From positions 36,150 through 97,487 of the forward strand of contig MQRK01246197.1 of assembly GCA_001938485.1 (NCBI GenBank): 61,338 bases of DNA, in the 5' to 3' direction. The stretch comes from Girardia tigrina (taxonomy: Eukaryota). The position numbers and the translations under genes are program-made. Below the pieces are notes generated by a model. The model was not told the DNA's origin. It did not search any database and worked only from the letters and a program-made list of their open reading frames with translations. Within the stretch, counting starts at the first letter, position 1; each line of letters begins with the position of its first letter. Below, in pieces: positions 37,731 through 51,060 of this stretch.

Positions 37731-39376
37731 TCGCACTGACGAAAATTCAAAATGTCACAGTAAAAATTTTGTTTCGTTTGATAAAATAAAACAATTACTG
37801 AAATTAAAACCTTTATTAATTTGTTTAATTACACAAAAAAAATTAAAATTGGCCATTACACTTTATTCATCTTAGGTAACGCACTTATTGAACGCACCAC
37901 ATATGTTCGTTTATCTTACGAGTTACCAATAACGATCATGAAAGATATTTCACAGAATGGAAAGACAAGTCAAACAAAATTATGGAGGATTTAATATTTG
38001 ATTTTAGATAAATTTAAGGTAAATTGTATAACATTATATTTTGTATCATCTTGGAAATATATTCCAAATGATCAAAGGTCTGAAATGAAACGGTAGTTTG
38101 AATTTTTATCAAAAATTTCATTTTTTATTTTGGGGATAGATTTTATCTCATAATTAGTAATTAACTTTTAATTACCTTTATTTTTTAGATACACTGCAAA
38201 AATGGTTTCCCCTAATCGTCCGGAGGACATTGACGTACCAAGAGGACCAAGAGGACCATGAAAGCAAAGTCCATTTATAGTTCTTCAAATCCAGTATATA
38301 ACAAAATAATATTGCAAATATATAAATTAAGGATAAATAATTTTTTAAATAATTTTAATAAATAAAATAAATGATGAATATCAAAATCCATCTAGTAAGG
38401 GTAACGTACCTTCATCCGATGACCCTTTTAAGATTTTATATATCATGGTCAATGTTTCTTCAATATAACACTCAGAGATTATAAATAAGATTTCGATTTC
38501 GAGAACTTAAAGAGTTGTTTCATATGTAAGAAGGGTATGACATAGAAAACAATGACTTGAAAGGAAAAGTCAAAACAGTTGTAAGTGACACAAGAACGAT
38601 TATTAGATTCGTTAATGAAGTTACATATTCAATATAGAATGGTCGAATGAAAGGTGATTTGTTTACGTGAATGCTGATATGAAGATTCCTATTCCGACCA
38701 GGCAATAGGGAGTTGATCAAAGAGACTAATTCGAACTTTGTCCCATGTGATACGGAGATATTAACTGTCGTTTATCACAAATGTGATAATGTAATCTTGG
38801 CCATTAAACAAGCAAGTCTTTTGACATATTTTTAAAGTCGTCAAAACGATTCTTATAGTCAATCATTAATTAAAAGTGTTTAATACGAGACTCAGGAAAT
38901 ATATGACACTACTTTTGTTATATCAGCCAGTGGTTATTCCAATCTAATGTATTGTTAATTTTAGTGTATATATAAACCGATTCCGTCGCAATTTTGGATG
39001 ATATGTACGAGGAAAATGTTGTCCTCCGAAGATAAGACTGTAGTGAAAAACGAAAGCCTCACAAAAAATTAAGTATTTTCCATTGGTGAAATTCATTTGC
39101 AACTTAAATAACTCTAAAACTAAATAATATCTAAGACTAAACTTAATAGAAAATGACAAGTTATAATTTCCTGTTCTCTATTTTTATATAAAAGAATAAA
39201 ATCTCTTGAGAACGTAATAATAAAGCAAACGACTGACTTCATTTAACCCTTTAGACCTAAAATATTTTTTTATAACTTATTCCTATTATTAAGAAGGATT
39301 TTATTGTATTATTCATAAAAATATTTTAAAAATGACGATAAACTATTTTTAAAAGTCAAAAAACGCTCGTCATAAT

Positions 39377-39847
39377 ATTTAGTAATCAATTTCGACGGAG
39401 CAACCGTCATCATCAGTCTAAATTAACTATGATATATTGGCGTTCATATATCAAAGCAATGTTTATGTAATCATTGTGTAATTTATAAATCATGAAAATA
39501 CTTTCAATAAAGTTGAAGAGGATGGTGTTTGTACATTCATTTTAGGATCAAAGGATTTGATCACCAATGCTTCACACATCACCCGTCCGAGTAATTGTCA
39601 AATTATGAACTTAAAATCTTTAAAATTACTTGCATCAACTTTACTATTCAAACGGTCCTTCCTATGTTGAGCAATATTATTATCACTTTCCCTTTGATTA
39701 TCTTCATGAATTCGTTTACAGAGATGAGGACAAGTCTCTCCGATGTATATACCTTCACACCCTTTACATTAATATTGACAAACTAAATTTGAACAAAAAC
39801 TTGTTAAGTGATAGATTTACTACTGAAAAAACTTCCTATCTTATATG
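39377..39847 (-). mobile_element. Penelope-like 3' end with hammerhead (39377-39423)
   Basis: CKGCEGIYIGETCPHLCKRIHE...CEALVIKSFDPKMNVQ, then CTGATGA-T-GACGG TTGCT CCGTC-GAAA. Confidence 0.88.
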
Positions 39848-39855
39848 ATCTAGAT

Positions 39856-40956
39856 CAGGGGTTCCCAAACTTTTTTTTTCGCGTACCACTTATGACTAAT
39901 AAGCTCAATGGATGTACCACCATTGCGTTTTAACCTTTGGATGCTAGTAAAAAAAATAAAACTGGTAAGAAACAATAAAGTAATATTTATCTTTATTAAT
40001 ATGAAGAATGCGATTAGAAATTTATTGAAAAATTTATTAGTGTGAAGAATGTCCTTGTCCATGCATACACAGTTTTTCAATTTCAGAATTGATTTGACTC
40101 AATTTTAACCGTAAATCCGGCTCAATATTCAATTTATTTCTAAACTTATTTTTTGTATAAACAATTGACAAAAATCCCGATTCACATAAATAAGTTGTAC
40201 TGAATGGTAATAGAAATTTTACAGCTTTGTTAGCAATGAATGGATATTCAGTTCGCCTTGCCATCCAAAATTCAGCCAAAACCCTTTTTTCCAGTTCTTG
40301 GGAGAGACTGTTATCGCATGAGAGCTCGATCAGTTCTTCCTTTTCTCGCAGAGTAAATGGAATCTGGTAAAAGTTCGGCTTCGACAGCAAATGGATCCCT
40401 AATCCAAAATTCTGCCGAAAGATCTTGTGGAAAATATTTTTTAAATTCTAGAATTAACTGCATGCAATGCTCCTTTATATTTTCCATCATCGCCATATTT
40501 AATGGTATTTCATTTTCAACCAAAAATGTTTCCAAAGTAGGAAATACAGAGAAATTTTACTCTCTTTCAATTTCATTGATGAAGAAGGCAAGTTTTTTTA
40601 TAAAACTCTTTACTTTGTCATGATCAAGGAATATCGTAGTATGTGCACCCTGTAAACTTATGTTGATGTCATTGAGACGGCTAAATATGTCTGCCAAGTA
40701 AGCTAACCTAGAAAGCCATACTTCATCTGTGAAGCGATTACTTAATTTGTGATTGCAATTCGAGAGAAAAATTTGAACTTCTGAATGTAGCTCAAAAAGG
40801 CGTTTTAGTACATTCCCTCGAGACAGCCATCTTATTTCGGTATGAAGCAAATGTTGATGATTTCCAAAAGGACATTATAAGAAGGTTGCCACCTGTGTAA
40901 TGCCTAAACTTAAAAAAATTATCCACCGACCGCGTACCGCACTTTGAGAACCCCTG
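39856..40956 (-). mobile_element. Internally deleted hAT Charlie/Buster-type element
   Basis: TIR CAGGGGTTC(C/T)CAAA and 8-bp TSD ATCTAGAT/ATCTAGAC. Motifs HTEIRWLSRG, LAYLADIF, WIRDPF and LLPFSTTYLCESGF. Confidence 0.95.
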
Positions 40957-42819
40957 ATCTAGACACATTTTTTTAATTTAATAAATTATTTTCATCATGT
41001 TTCATAATAGAGTATTCGAATTTTCTGAAACCTTCAGAGTAGGGAACAGTTAAAACAAAACCAATATTCTCATAATTATTATTATCTATCAGATTTTTAT
41101 TTATTTATTTTTTGTCGTATGTTTTTTATGTATTACTTTATATTATAATACTACATTGATCTTTCTGGAGTGTAAATAATGAACAAAAAAACGGTTTCAA
41201 AAAAAGAATTTCCGAATTGAGATAAATAATAAATGCATTAAATTCAACTATTAAATAATTATTAAATTTAATTTGCTCAAATTTCCATAAATTATAATTA
41301 CTTTTATGAGGAATATTTAGTATGAATGCGTAATGTAGTGTTTTATAGTACCACTTTAGGCGCCTCTCCAAATCAGAATGGGATGGAACAAACAGTTATT
41401 GGTCATGTATACATATTGTTCAACATTTTATTTTAATTTTTATTGGAAATTTCTCTCATCAAAATATAAATTTTGTAATTTTTTTATGTCCTAAAAGTTA
41501 ATATTTTTTTAATATTTGAATATTTTATTCCCGGGAAACTCTTTACGAAACTTCCAGTGCGTCTACCTTTCATTCTAAAGAGATTACTTAAAAATACGGC
41601 ATTGACCTCTGAGGAATAGCATTGTAATGATAAGTTTTATCTCAATATACCACAAAGTTTATATTAAAATTATTTTAAATACAATTTTAGAAGCTTCAAA
41701 TTATATTGGAGATCAAGTATTGTAAAGTATTATTAATGTAATACCCGTTACATTATATTTATATTAAAATGAACATATTACAATATAGTTTTCTCAAGTC
41801 TTTACTGGACGACTTTACTTTAAATGGCCATTTCCAGCAAGGTGGAAAAAAGACTACATTCATATATTAATAATTAAATATTAAACAAATTAATTAGAAA
41901 ATTGATGTAGTGCCCATCAACAAAACCAGAAGAACATTATCAATAAAAAATAACAATGATGAAAAAAAATTTTAATTTATGAAAAAATGATCGTTGTGTG
42001 AATAATGTAAAACCAACACAATGTTATGCAAATGTTTTAAATCGGAAATAAATGTAGACTCTCATATTTATTATTTTTAATTAATAAAAAAGACAAACAA
42101 CAACATCATGAGGGACCCTGGAGATTGTACCACTCAACGGGAACTCGAACCGGTAGGACTCAACCCGATACCATCACTCCCGATCCGGTAGTGTTCAACG
42201 GGCCTACATGACCGCACCAATCGGACAGACGTTACAATCACGATGGGAGAGACACTCGACGTGTCGAATGATGGTCACTGAACCCAGTATGTACACGGCT
42301 GCAGTCGAATCAGCACGTCGATCCTTCCTGGCACCGAATCCCGGAACATTGAAGAGATGCTGGTTGCAACAGCTCAATTCGGTGGTCAGCACCTCAAGCG
42401 ATAGAAAAATTCCATGTAAAAATATTAAATTATTAATCTACCAAATAAATCAAATCTTAACAATTACATAATAATCTAACAAGAAGTGTCTTTCTTTTCT
42501 ATTTCAGACTAAATCTCATTCAAAATATTCACATCTTTATTCTTTAACGAAATTCTATTATCCGAAAATCTGTCTCAGATACTGAAAACGTCAACCAACA
42601 ACCGAAGCATTTCTAAACCTAGAGAATATGCAATTATCTATCACCAGAGGATTTTTTGTCTGCTGAAAGATCAGAATTTCCTCAATCATCTGTTCATTTT
42701 ACCTAACAAATAAACGTAAATAAATAATAGTATAGTAGTAGTTATCTGGTTTATTGTTCCTATTAACATTAACTTCCTGTTTTGTGTTCATTTTTTTTTG
42801 TTAACTTTGCGTCAGTTGT

Positions 42820-43799
42820 TAAATAAATATTCTAAATTCAATTTTAGTCCAAAGATGTGTGAGACCTAGAATTATCCTGTGGAAAATGATACTTTTACGA
42901 TTGACCGATTCTGATCGCTTTTCCTTGATTACTGCATTCAATTTGTCCTGCTGCCAACAGTAGACCTGTGAATTAATGATTGGGTTCCTTGGAAGAAGAT
43001 CAAAGTACACCGGACCTTTCCAATCCTACTAAATAGACAACAAAATCTTCTATTGATAGATATTTGCCTTTAAAGTGGTTTTCGATAACTCATTAAACGT
43101 GCACCATGATCATTTTCGATTGATATTGTTGTACACAATCCACTTTTCGTATCCAGTGATAATTCTTTTTAAAGAAGAATCAAATTCGTTGCCGTTAAGC
43201 AGTGAATCACAAGCGTTGATGCGATTTGCCATATGAACTTCTTTCAAATTATACGAACCAAAATATCCAGCTTCTTAACAAGACCGACACTTTATAAATG
43301 CTACTCAATGGATGTATGTAAAACATTTAACTTATCTGCAATTCCCCATGTAGTTAAGCGACAATCCGCTTCGACGATGGTTTGATTTCATCCTCATTAA
43401 GCTTAACTGGTTGACCTGAACTTTGGTCATCTTTAACAAAAATCTCCCCAACGGAATTTTTTAAACCATTTTCGACATTGCCTTTCTTTTAGGCCTTCTT
43501 TACCTTAAACATCACGTTAGTTTTTGGCAGCTTGCACTGCGTTTTTTCCTTTACGGAGATAATAAAGCAAAATATGGCGTAAATGTTCATTTTTGTAATT
43601 TATATTAACTTTTGATTATTATATTAATTATTGAAATCCTTAAAACACTTAAAGAAAATATCTACGCAACGTATTCGTAAAGGTAAGTGAGGATGACTAC
43701 TAATATATATAAGAAGTTCCTAACATTTACGGATATCATAAAAATTGGAATGATAGAAATCTATAACTGAAATCGGCAATTACTTAGTTGACAACTCAA
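42820..43799 (-). mobile_element. Mariner pseudogene (3' truncated) with 5' TIR
   Basis: TIR TTGAGTTGTCAACTAAGTAATTGCCGATTT after TA. Motifs ITGYEKWIVY.N, GPVYFDLL.N..INS.VYC and NRK.IIFH. Confidence 0.88.
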
Positions 43800-45704
43800 T
43801 ATTTATATGTAAAGGTATACGTTATTGAATACATGAAGATTAAATCACAAATATACGTGTTTCGAGGAATTCTTATTCTCATCATCGGGTAATTCTATGT
43901 TTAACGAGAAAAAACTTGGGAAGGTTAAAATTTAGAAGATAACATGAATTGCGAGATATTATAATTATATAAATATATTTATTATAAAAAAAATATATAG
44001 AAAATATAAAACAATTATTGATTAATTGATAAATAAATTGGTAACGGGATTTAACAATAAATAACCCATGGATAAATATGGCAACTAAATTCTTTGGATT
44101 ATTTACCAATCTTGGTTGGACAGAAACTCATTGTCAGGTTACCAAAACTGAAGAATCAAGCAATTTATAACCATCAAAAGAAAAAATTCCTCCAACATAC
44201 GAGTGATTATACCAACAATTGATTTAGTGATCGAATTCCGTCCGACTGACTTCTTGGTTAACAATATTTACTTAATCGATATTGAAACTACAGGGCGTTG
44301 CTCATTCTGTGATCATAAGATTTACGTTAGTTAAATATAGTTATATTTGTCACAGTAAATCTTCCTCCAATTTCCTCCTACCTCCTTTTTAGTGATATCA
44401 CTAAAGTTAAACCTTCATTGTTCTCCTTCCATTTTGTAATTAGTTGATAATATAATATTAGTCTTTAAACTATATTTGGTTGTTCATTGTCTTACATATA
44501 TAAGAGGTTTTACAAAACCCATTAACGTTTTGTAAGGCTACTAAAACCTTTTCTTCTAAGCGATTAATTATTGTTTGATTGTTGATGTTAATTGTTATAA
44601 ATTATCAACATACGTCTCCGTTACCGTATAAAGTAAGGAGCCATAGAGCAAATAATAATTTATATTTTCGCCAGTAGTTGATCTGAAAGTACAATTAATC
44701 AAAATAGATTTACTAAATTATAAAAATATTATATACTTTTAATTATTTTATTATTATTAGAACAAAGAACATTTTATGAGAAATAAATAATTTTTAATTT
44801 TAATATAAACTAGACTATTTCTAACAAATATAATTATAAAATTAATTAATTAATTAATTAAACAAAAATAAACAATTGCAATTGAATTCTAACAGAAAAA
44901 AAACATTCAATCAAATAGAAATTTAATAAAAATATAATAAAGAAAAAATAATCATTATTAAATTAACTGTCAAATAAAAAAATATTTTTAAACAAAAAAA
45001 TATAATAATTAAAAATTATTGCTATTATTATCATTAATATTGTTCTTATTTTATTAAATATTATTACTAAAATATATAATTAGATAATTAAGGAAAATTA
45101 AAAAAAATAAAAATAAAAAATAAATAAAATCACAATCATCAAGCAAAATAATTGGGAAATTGACTGGTAATTATTTTTTTATAAACATTATTTTCTATGA
45201 AAGATTTTGTGAACTGCAATTGTCTTTATTTAATTAGTAATTAAATTAAATTAACCTGGAGAAATTTAATATTCATATGATAATATTAATAATATTATTA
45301 TTGCTTAATTAGGTCTTGTTATATCATACAAGTGAAGAATGCTCTGTTTATTCAAGGGCAATTGCGCATGAAATCGACAAACGAGCCTCTATCGAGCTGG
45401 TCTATCCTTGTCCGTCCATATATAGCTAGCCTAGCTAGGTTGAGCAGAGGCAGCATATCGGCTTTCAAAGTTATAAGGAAGTTGCATTTTACATTCGATA
45501 GCAATATATCCTTTAGAACTGATTAATATTTGTCTGTAAAAGTGACTTATTCAGTCTTAAATGATGTTCAACTTATTTTCCATTATAGAAATGTTCAATG
45601 AAATTTTATAATGTAAAAGTCTCCCCTAATTTCATTAAGGAGAAAAAGATTGAAATTAATGAAATTATAATTGATTTAAACAAAAAAAACATTAAAAAGA
45701 ACAA

Positions 45705-45735
<31 letters not shown>

Positions 45736-46159
45736 TTATTTTCTTGTCTGACCGATTGATACGTGAATTTGTATCGAGTGTTTTTTTTTAAATTTATTTA
45801 TTTTATTTTCAATTTTTTTATAGAATTTTTATTTGTTTTTTTGTTTTTCTAAAAATATATTTAGTCAAATTATAATTATTCTATAATTATTATAATAATT
45901 ATTTCGAAGAAATAAAAGTCCTCACTTTTATTTGTAACTCTATAGTATTACAATATTAATAGTAATTTTATAATGAAATAAATTATTATTGTCAGAGATT
46001 TTATTTTGATATTATTTATTTTATATTAAAATTAACAAAATTATACTTGTATTAAACAATTTTTGTTTAATGTATTTAATTTTCAAAATTTTTTTATAGA
46101 TTTTTTTATTAATATTTATATTTTTAGATTTTTATTTATATCACTGAAAGCGATCATCA

Positions 46160-46526
46160 AAAGTTTTTGCGAATCAACCGTCATCATCAGGCGAAACCAG
46201 ATGAATAACGATAATCTGACCTTTATATATCGAATGATTGTTTACGTAATCGTTTAAAAAACCCTAAAAACTCAGAATATTTTCAATAAAGTAGAAGAGG
46301 ATGGTGTTTGCTCATTGATTTCTGGATCCAGTGTATTAACCTTCAGTACTTCACACATCACTCTCTCCAAGTAATTATCAAATTGTAGACACAAAATTGT
46401 TAAATTATTTAAATCTACTATGCTATCTAAACATTTCTTTCTATTTTGAGCAATTTAATTCTCACCCTGTTCTTGAATTTGTTTCCAGATTCGTTTACAG
46501 GAATGTCGACATGTTTCACCGATGCA
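46160..46526 (-). mobile_element. Penelope-like 3' end with degenerate hammerhead; paralogue of 39377-39847
   Basis: IGETCRH..KRI...ERVMCE...DP.IN.QTPSSSTLLK, then CTGATGATGACGGTTG with the GAAA box mutated. Confidence 0.8.
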
Positions 46527-46832
46527 TGTGACATCAGGCGTGCTGATCACAAAGAGTGCGCCGGGTGGTGGCGACAGCCTGGTGTTGTTAAGGGGTATTC
46601 GGGTGGTGGGAAGAACTTAATACATCTTATCATCAGTATTGTTTTTACAATGGTTTTGGCTCGTCTCGAAATCGTCAAAACCCTCTCCGAATTTCTCCGT
46701 CAACATCTCAGTGATCATCTTTGCACTCCTCTGATTAGAAAAATTTTTCAGCGCCAATCGTGTGTCATCGATTCATCTTCATTGTTAAACAATCATATGC
46801 TAGCATCGTTACACAGATAATAATTATATTCC

Positions 46833-49800
46833 TGTTAGGATAAGAGAATCATATATTTATATTCATATCCATATCTATATTTATACCATAAAGGATCGTA
46901 AATATTATTACAAATGCTCCTGAAATATCAATAGAAATTTGGAACAACATGGAATAATAAAGAGATGTTCGTCACCGTGTTACACATCAATGGTTTTTGT
47001 TTGGAGGAAGAGAAAGAAAGAAATTCGGTTATGTCTAGATTTTAGACTGTTAAATCAAGTTACTGAGAGGCAAGCATTCCCAATGTCAAATATCGAAGAG
47101 ATGTTGGATGCTTTGAAAGGTACAAAGTGGTTCAGTTCGGTTGATTTAGGCAACGCTTACTATCAGGTAGGGTTGGAGGAGAATTCGAAACTGAAAACCG
47201 CATTTTCATACAAGACGGGCCAGTTTTGTTTTACGCGAATGCCGTTTGGCATAGCGGCCGCTCCAGCAACATTTCAGGAGTTGATGACTGCTGTTTTGAG
47301 AAATATGTTGTGGACGGAGGCATTAGTTTACTTGGAGGACATCATCATTTTTTTCAGAAACAGAAATCCAACATCTGGAGAGACTGGATAAATATTTCTC
47401 AAGGATTCAAGCAGTAGAACAAAGCAGTAGAACATTGTGAACAAAGGCGGTATTAAGACAAACCCAGAAAAGATCAGAGCGATTCACGATTTTGAGCGAC
47501 CTAAATGCGTAAAGAAATTACGGATTTTCTTGGGAATATGCAACTACTACATAAAGTTCATTCAACAGTATTCGAAATTATCCAAACCTTTGGAGGATAT
47601 GTGCGGTAGCAGGAAAATCACGCTGTATTGGTCCGAATCACACACGGAGGCGTTTGAAAAACTGAAGAAATCCCTAATTTTGACCCCGGTGTTATGTTAT
47701 CCCGATTTCAAATGAAAATTTATATTAGACACGGATGCATCATTTGATACTATTTGGGCTGTTTTGTCACAAAGAAATGATAGAGGGGAAGAGAAGGTGG
47801 TTGCATATGGGTCAATGCCGATGTCAAAACACGAAGTTGGTTACTATATCACTCGGAAAGAATTATATTCGATTTTCCACTTTACACAACTTTTCCAACA
47901 TTACCTATATGGTGCAAGTTTTAAGCTGAGGACCGATCACAAAGTGATATAATTCATGATGACCACGAAGAAATCCATAACACCACAATTCCAGAACTGG
48001 ATGAACTATTTGAGTAACCTCGATATGATGTTAGAATATTGGAAAGGCATATTGCATCAAAACGCTGATGCGCTCTCAAGAAAGGATTGTCAAACATGTG
48101 AACAATGCTTCCTTCAGCATGAACAAGCGAAATTGAGCAAGAAAATAACGAGAATGTTAACGCTGGATACATATTGTTGCGGATTTTGTTTTTTTTAACC
48201 GACGTGCTATTCCCGTCTGTATGTTTGCATGTGTGCACCGTTTGTTTTTTTGGTATGTAGCGTTTTTATGATTTTTTTTATTTTCGTGTGTATTTATTAT
48301 TTATTTTTTTTATTGTGTGATTTTTTCTTATTCTTTTTTTACAATTGCAGTCCCGCTTTCAAAATATTAATATTAATATATATCGAGAAATAATATTGCC
48401 TATGGCAATATAAAATAATTCAAAAGTGATCAATAATATTGATCACAAATTCAATAAAAATTTCAAATAGAATTCCAATCTAATATTTCGAGAGGCAGTG
48501 GTTGTCTTTTCCCAAACTCGCATCCACAACAATTGCTGATTGGAAAATTAATTTTGCCGCATCCGATTACTGTCGGTGAATTGATTAGTTTCACTTCGAC
48601 CCATTCGGATACGGGGACATTTCGTTGATAAAATCGAAAATCTTCGAAGAAACGGTCTATCGCTTAGGTTGGACAGAAAATTCCTCTCCATCATTATCGA
48701 AAAGACATTTCGTTGATAAAGTAACTATCATTTTTTTCTCTGTAAATAATATCATGATATTTATTCTTTTCTTGCGTTTCGTATCTCTTTGTGATATAGT
48801 GATTCCTTTCGCAACTTTAGATCTCTTTCTGTTTTGTTTGAATAATTATAGTTTTAATCATCTAAATTTTCTTCTTATTTATTGTACTAAATACGAGATT
48901 GCGTAGACGAGTTAGTGACGATCTTTGACTCATTAGCTCGTTTCCGTAATACATATGTTTCACCAAACCCGTGGCAATAAGACAAAGAGGAAATTATGAA
49001 TATATTGTAATCAATAAACGACGGAAAGGCGATGGAATTGAAAGTAGTTAATGGATGTTTAATGACGTCTACTAAAAAAAATCTGGATCCCAAAACAGTC
49101 TTGGAAGAATCGCATTCTTTTCTTTCATAAATTCATATGCTATACTGAAGTACATAACACATATTTGTCCATGAATAAGGAATATGATATGGACGATTTG
49201 CCAAGGAGGTGGAATCAGTAGTACAAGGCTGCCCGACATGTCAAATATCTAAACCATATACCGGAAAAACGAAAGAAAAAACATACGAATTGATGTAACC
49301 ACGTCCGTTAGATTACATTTGTATGGATTTTTGTGGACCACTTCCAGCGGTGAATGGAAATAAGTATATATTGGGAATCGTTGACAGATTAAGTAGATAT
49401 ATTAGTTTGATGGCCGTGAATAATCAAGATGAAGAAACGGTGATAAAAACATTTCATCACAAGTGGATTTATAAATTCCAGAGCTCCAGCAAATATCCAC
49501 GTTGACAGAAGAAAAGTTTTTGAGTTCCACAGATTTGAAAAATACGCGAAATCAATGCTGATGACAATCCATTTTTCAAGTCCATATCATTTTAGCGCAA
49601 ATGGAATAATAGAACGACAGTTTCGGACCATCCGGAATGCTCTTAATGCTACATGGAAGGAAAAAGGAGGTTCAAACTAGGTTGACATCCTCCCAGAATT
49701 GGAGTTCAGTTTGAACGCTTCCAGGCAAAGTACTATTTGAGTTAACCCAGCAGAAGTGATATTTTGGAAGCATATCACATTAGATGGTTCTCGCCACTAT

Positions 49801-50252
49801 GAACTGGATAATAAAAAAATTATAGTAGATATTAAACAAAAGAACTATCTTAAAAGCAAACCAAGGAGTTAAAACGAGAAGAGAGTTTTGGGAAGGTGAT
49901 GTAGTACTGGTAAAGAGGGAAAATAGACCAAAAGGATAAGACAGATATGAAGGACCATATAAAATCATTCGGAAAATACATGATCGGTGCGTAGAAATGA
50001 AAAATAAGACAGGGTGTGTAATAACGAGGAATATCGAATGGCTAAAGCATTTTAAAGAAGGGGGGTGTTAGCATAAGAGAATCATATATTTATATTCATG
50101 TCTATATTTATACACATAAAGGATCGTAAATATTATTACAAAGGCTCCTGAAATATCAATGGAAATATTGGGACGTTATTTTAATATTCAATTATTTTGG
50201 TGTCAGATTTAAATAAATAAATTAATTCTTGTTATGACTGAGTCGACTTACA
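46833..50252 (+). mobile_element. Ty3/Gypsy LTR retrotransposon lacking gag/protease (truncated 5' LTR 46833-46938; RT-RNaseH-integrase pseudogene; PPT; 3' LTR 50066-50252)
   Basis: RLCLDFR.LN, DL..AYYQ, MPFG, YLEDII, DTDAS, RTDH, ADALSR, MDFCGP, ANGIIER. PPT AAAGAAGGGGGG, then a TGTTAG repeat of the 5' LTR ending TTACA. Confidence 0.93.
48175..48951. mobile_element. Solo LTR (777 bp) inserted into the Gypsy pol
   Basis: 5-bp TSD CATAT on both sides, termini TGTTGCGGA...TCCGTAATA. The pol frame rejoins as LTLDT|YVSPNPWQ. Confidence 0.85.
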
Positions 50253-50649
50253 TGTCCACTAATGGGATTCTCTGTGCTCCGTTAAAAAAGACAAACAAAA
50301 AAGTCTTTATTTTATTTAATTCCAAATCACACATTTTCTTTAATTCTAAGTAAACCATTTTCCCATCAATAACACATCCTTTGCATTTTAAAAAACTACA
50401 TCAACAAACATTTTTTACATTGATGCAGTATAACAACCCGCAAGTTTTTAATCGTCAAAACTCCTTTTTTGTTACAATTCGTTTTTATACTGATTTTTCT
50501 CTCTTTTTCTCACCATTTTATACATCAAAATAAAAAACACAAAGATCTCAACTCTGATCATTTTTTAATTTCTGACCCACATGTTACATCACTCCCATGT
50601 TTTTGCAATTGATCATCCTCCACCAAGGTGATTTGGAAAATATCACCAT

Positions 50650-51060
50650 TTTTTATACTTTCATTTTTAATTATCACCCAATTTAAGAGCTATGTCCACA
50701 ATAACCTTCTTTGGGTGCAAAAAATGGGGATTATGATAAGTTTTGATCAATTAAGAACTAAAATGTACCCACAACTTCCGCAATCGCTAATAACCTACTT
50801 TAAGCCACACAATCAATCTTGTCTTCGCTGTACGAAATGGTAAAATTATTCTTAAGAATTAGAAAAAGTATCGGAAATTGCAGCGTATGAATGGTTTGAA
50901 CAATGTCCTACCTTGCAGGGAAAACAAGTGCAAATGTGATCCCATTCAGAACAATGTCTGTATGTTAGCAGATACAGCTGTACCATTAACTTTGTATTTT
51001 CTTTTATTTTGAAAGATATGCATACAAAATAATTTCCTTTCATTACTTTTGGAACACCCT
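50650..51060 (+). mobile_element. Decayed Tc1-like 3' end
   Basis: SPNL..M...FFG (cf. SPDL.P.DFFLWG) and terminus TTTTGGAACACCCT(A)TA. Confidence 0.45.

Noticed and set aside
46527-46812. TG...CA-bounded block as a solo LTR
   Set aside because: No target-site duplication and no second copy in the window.
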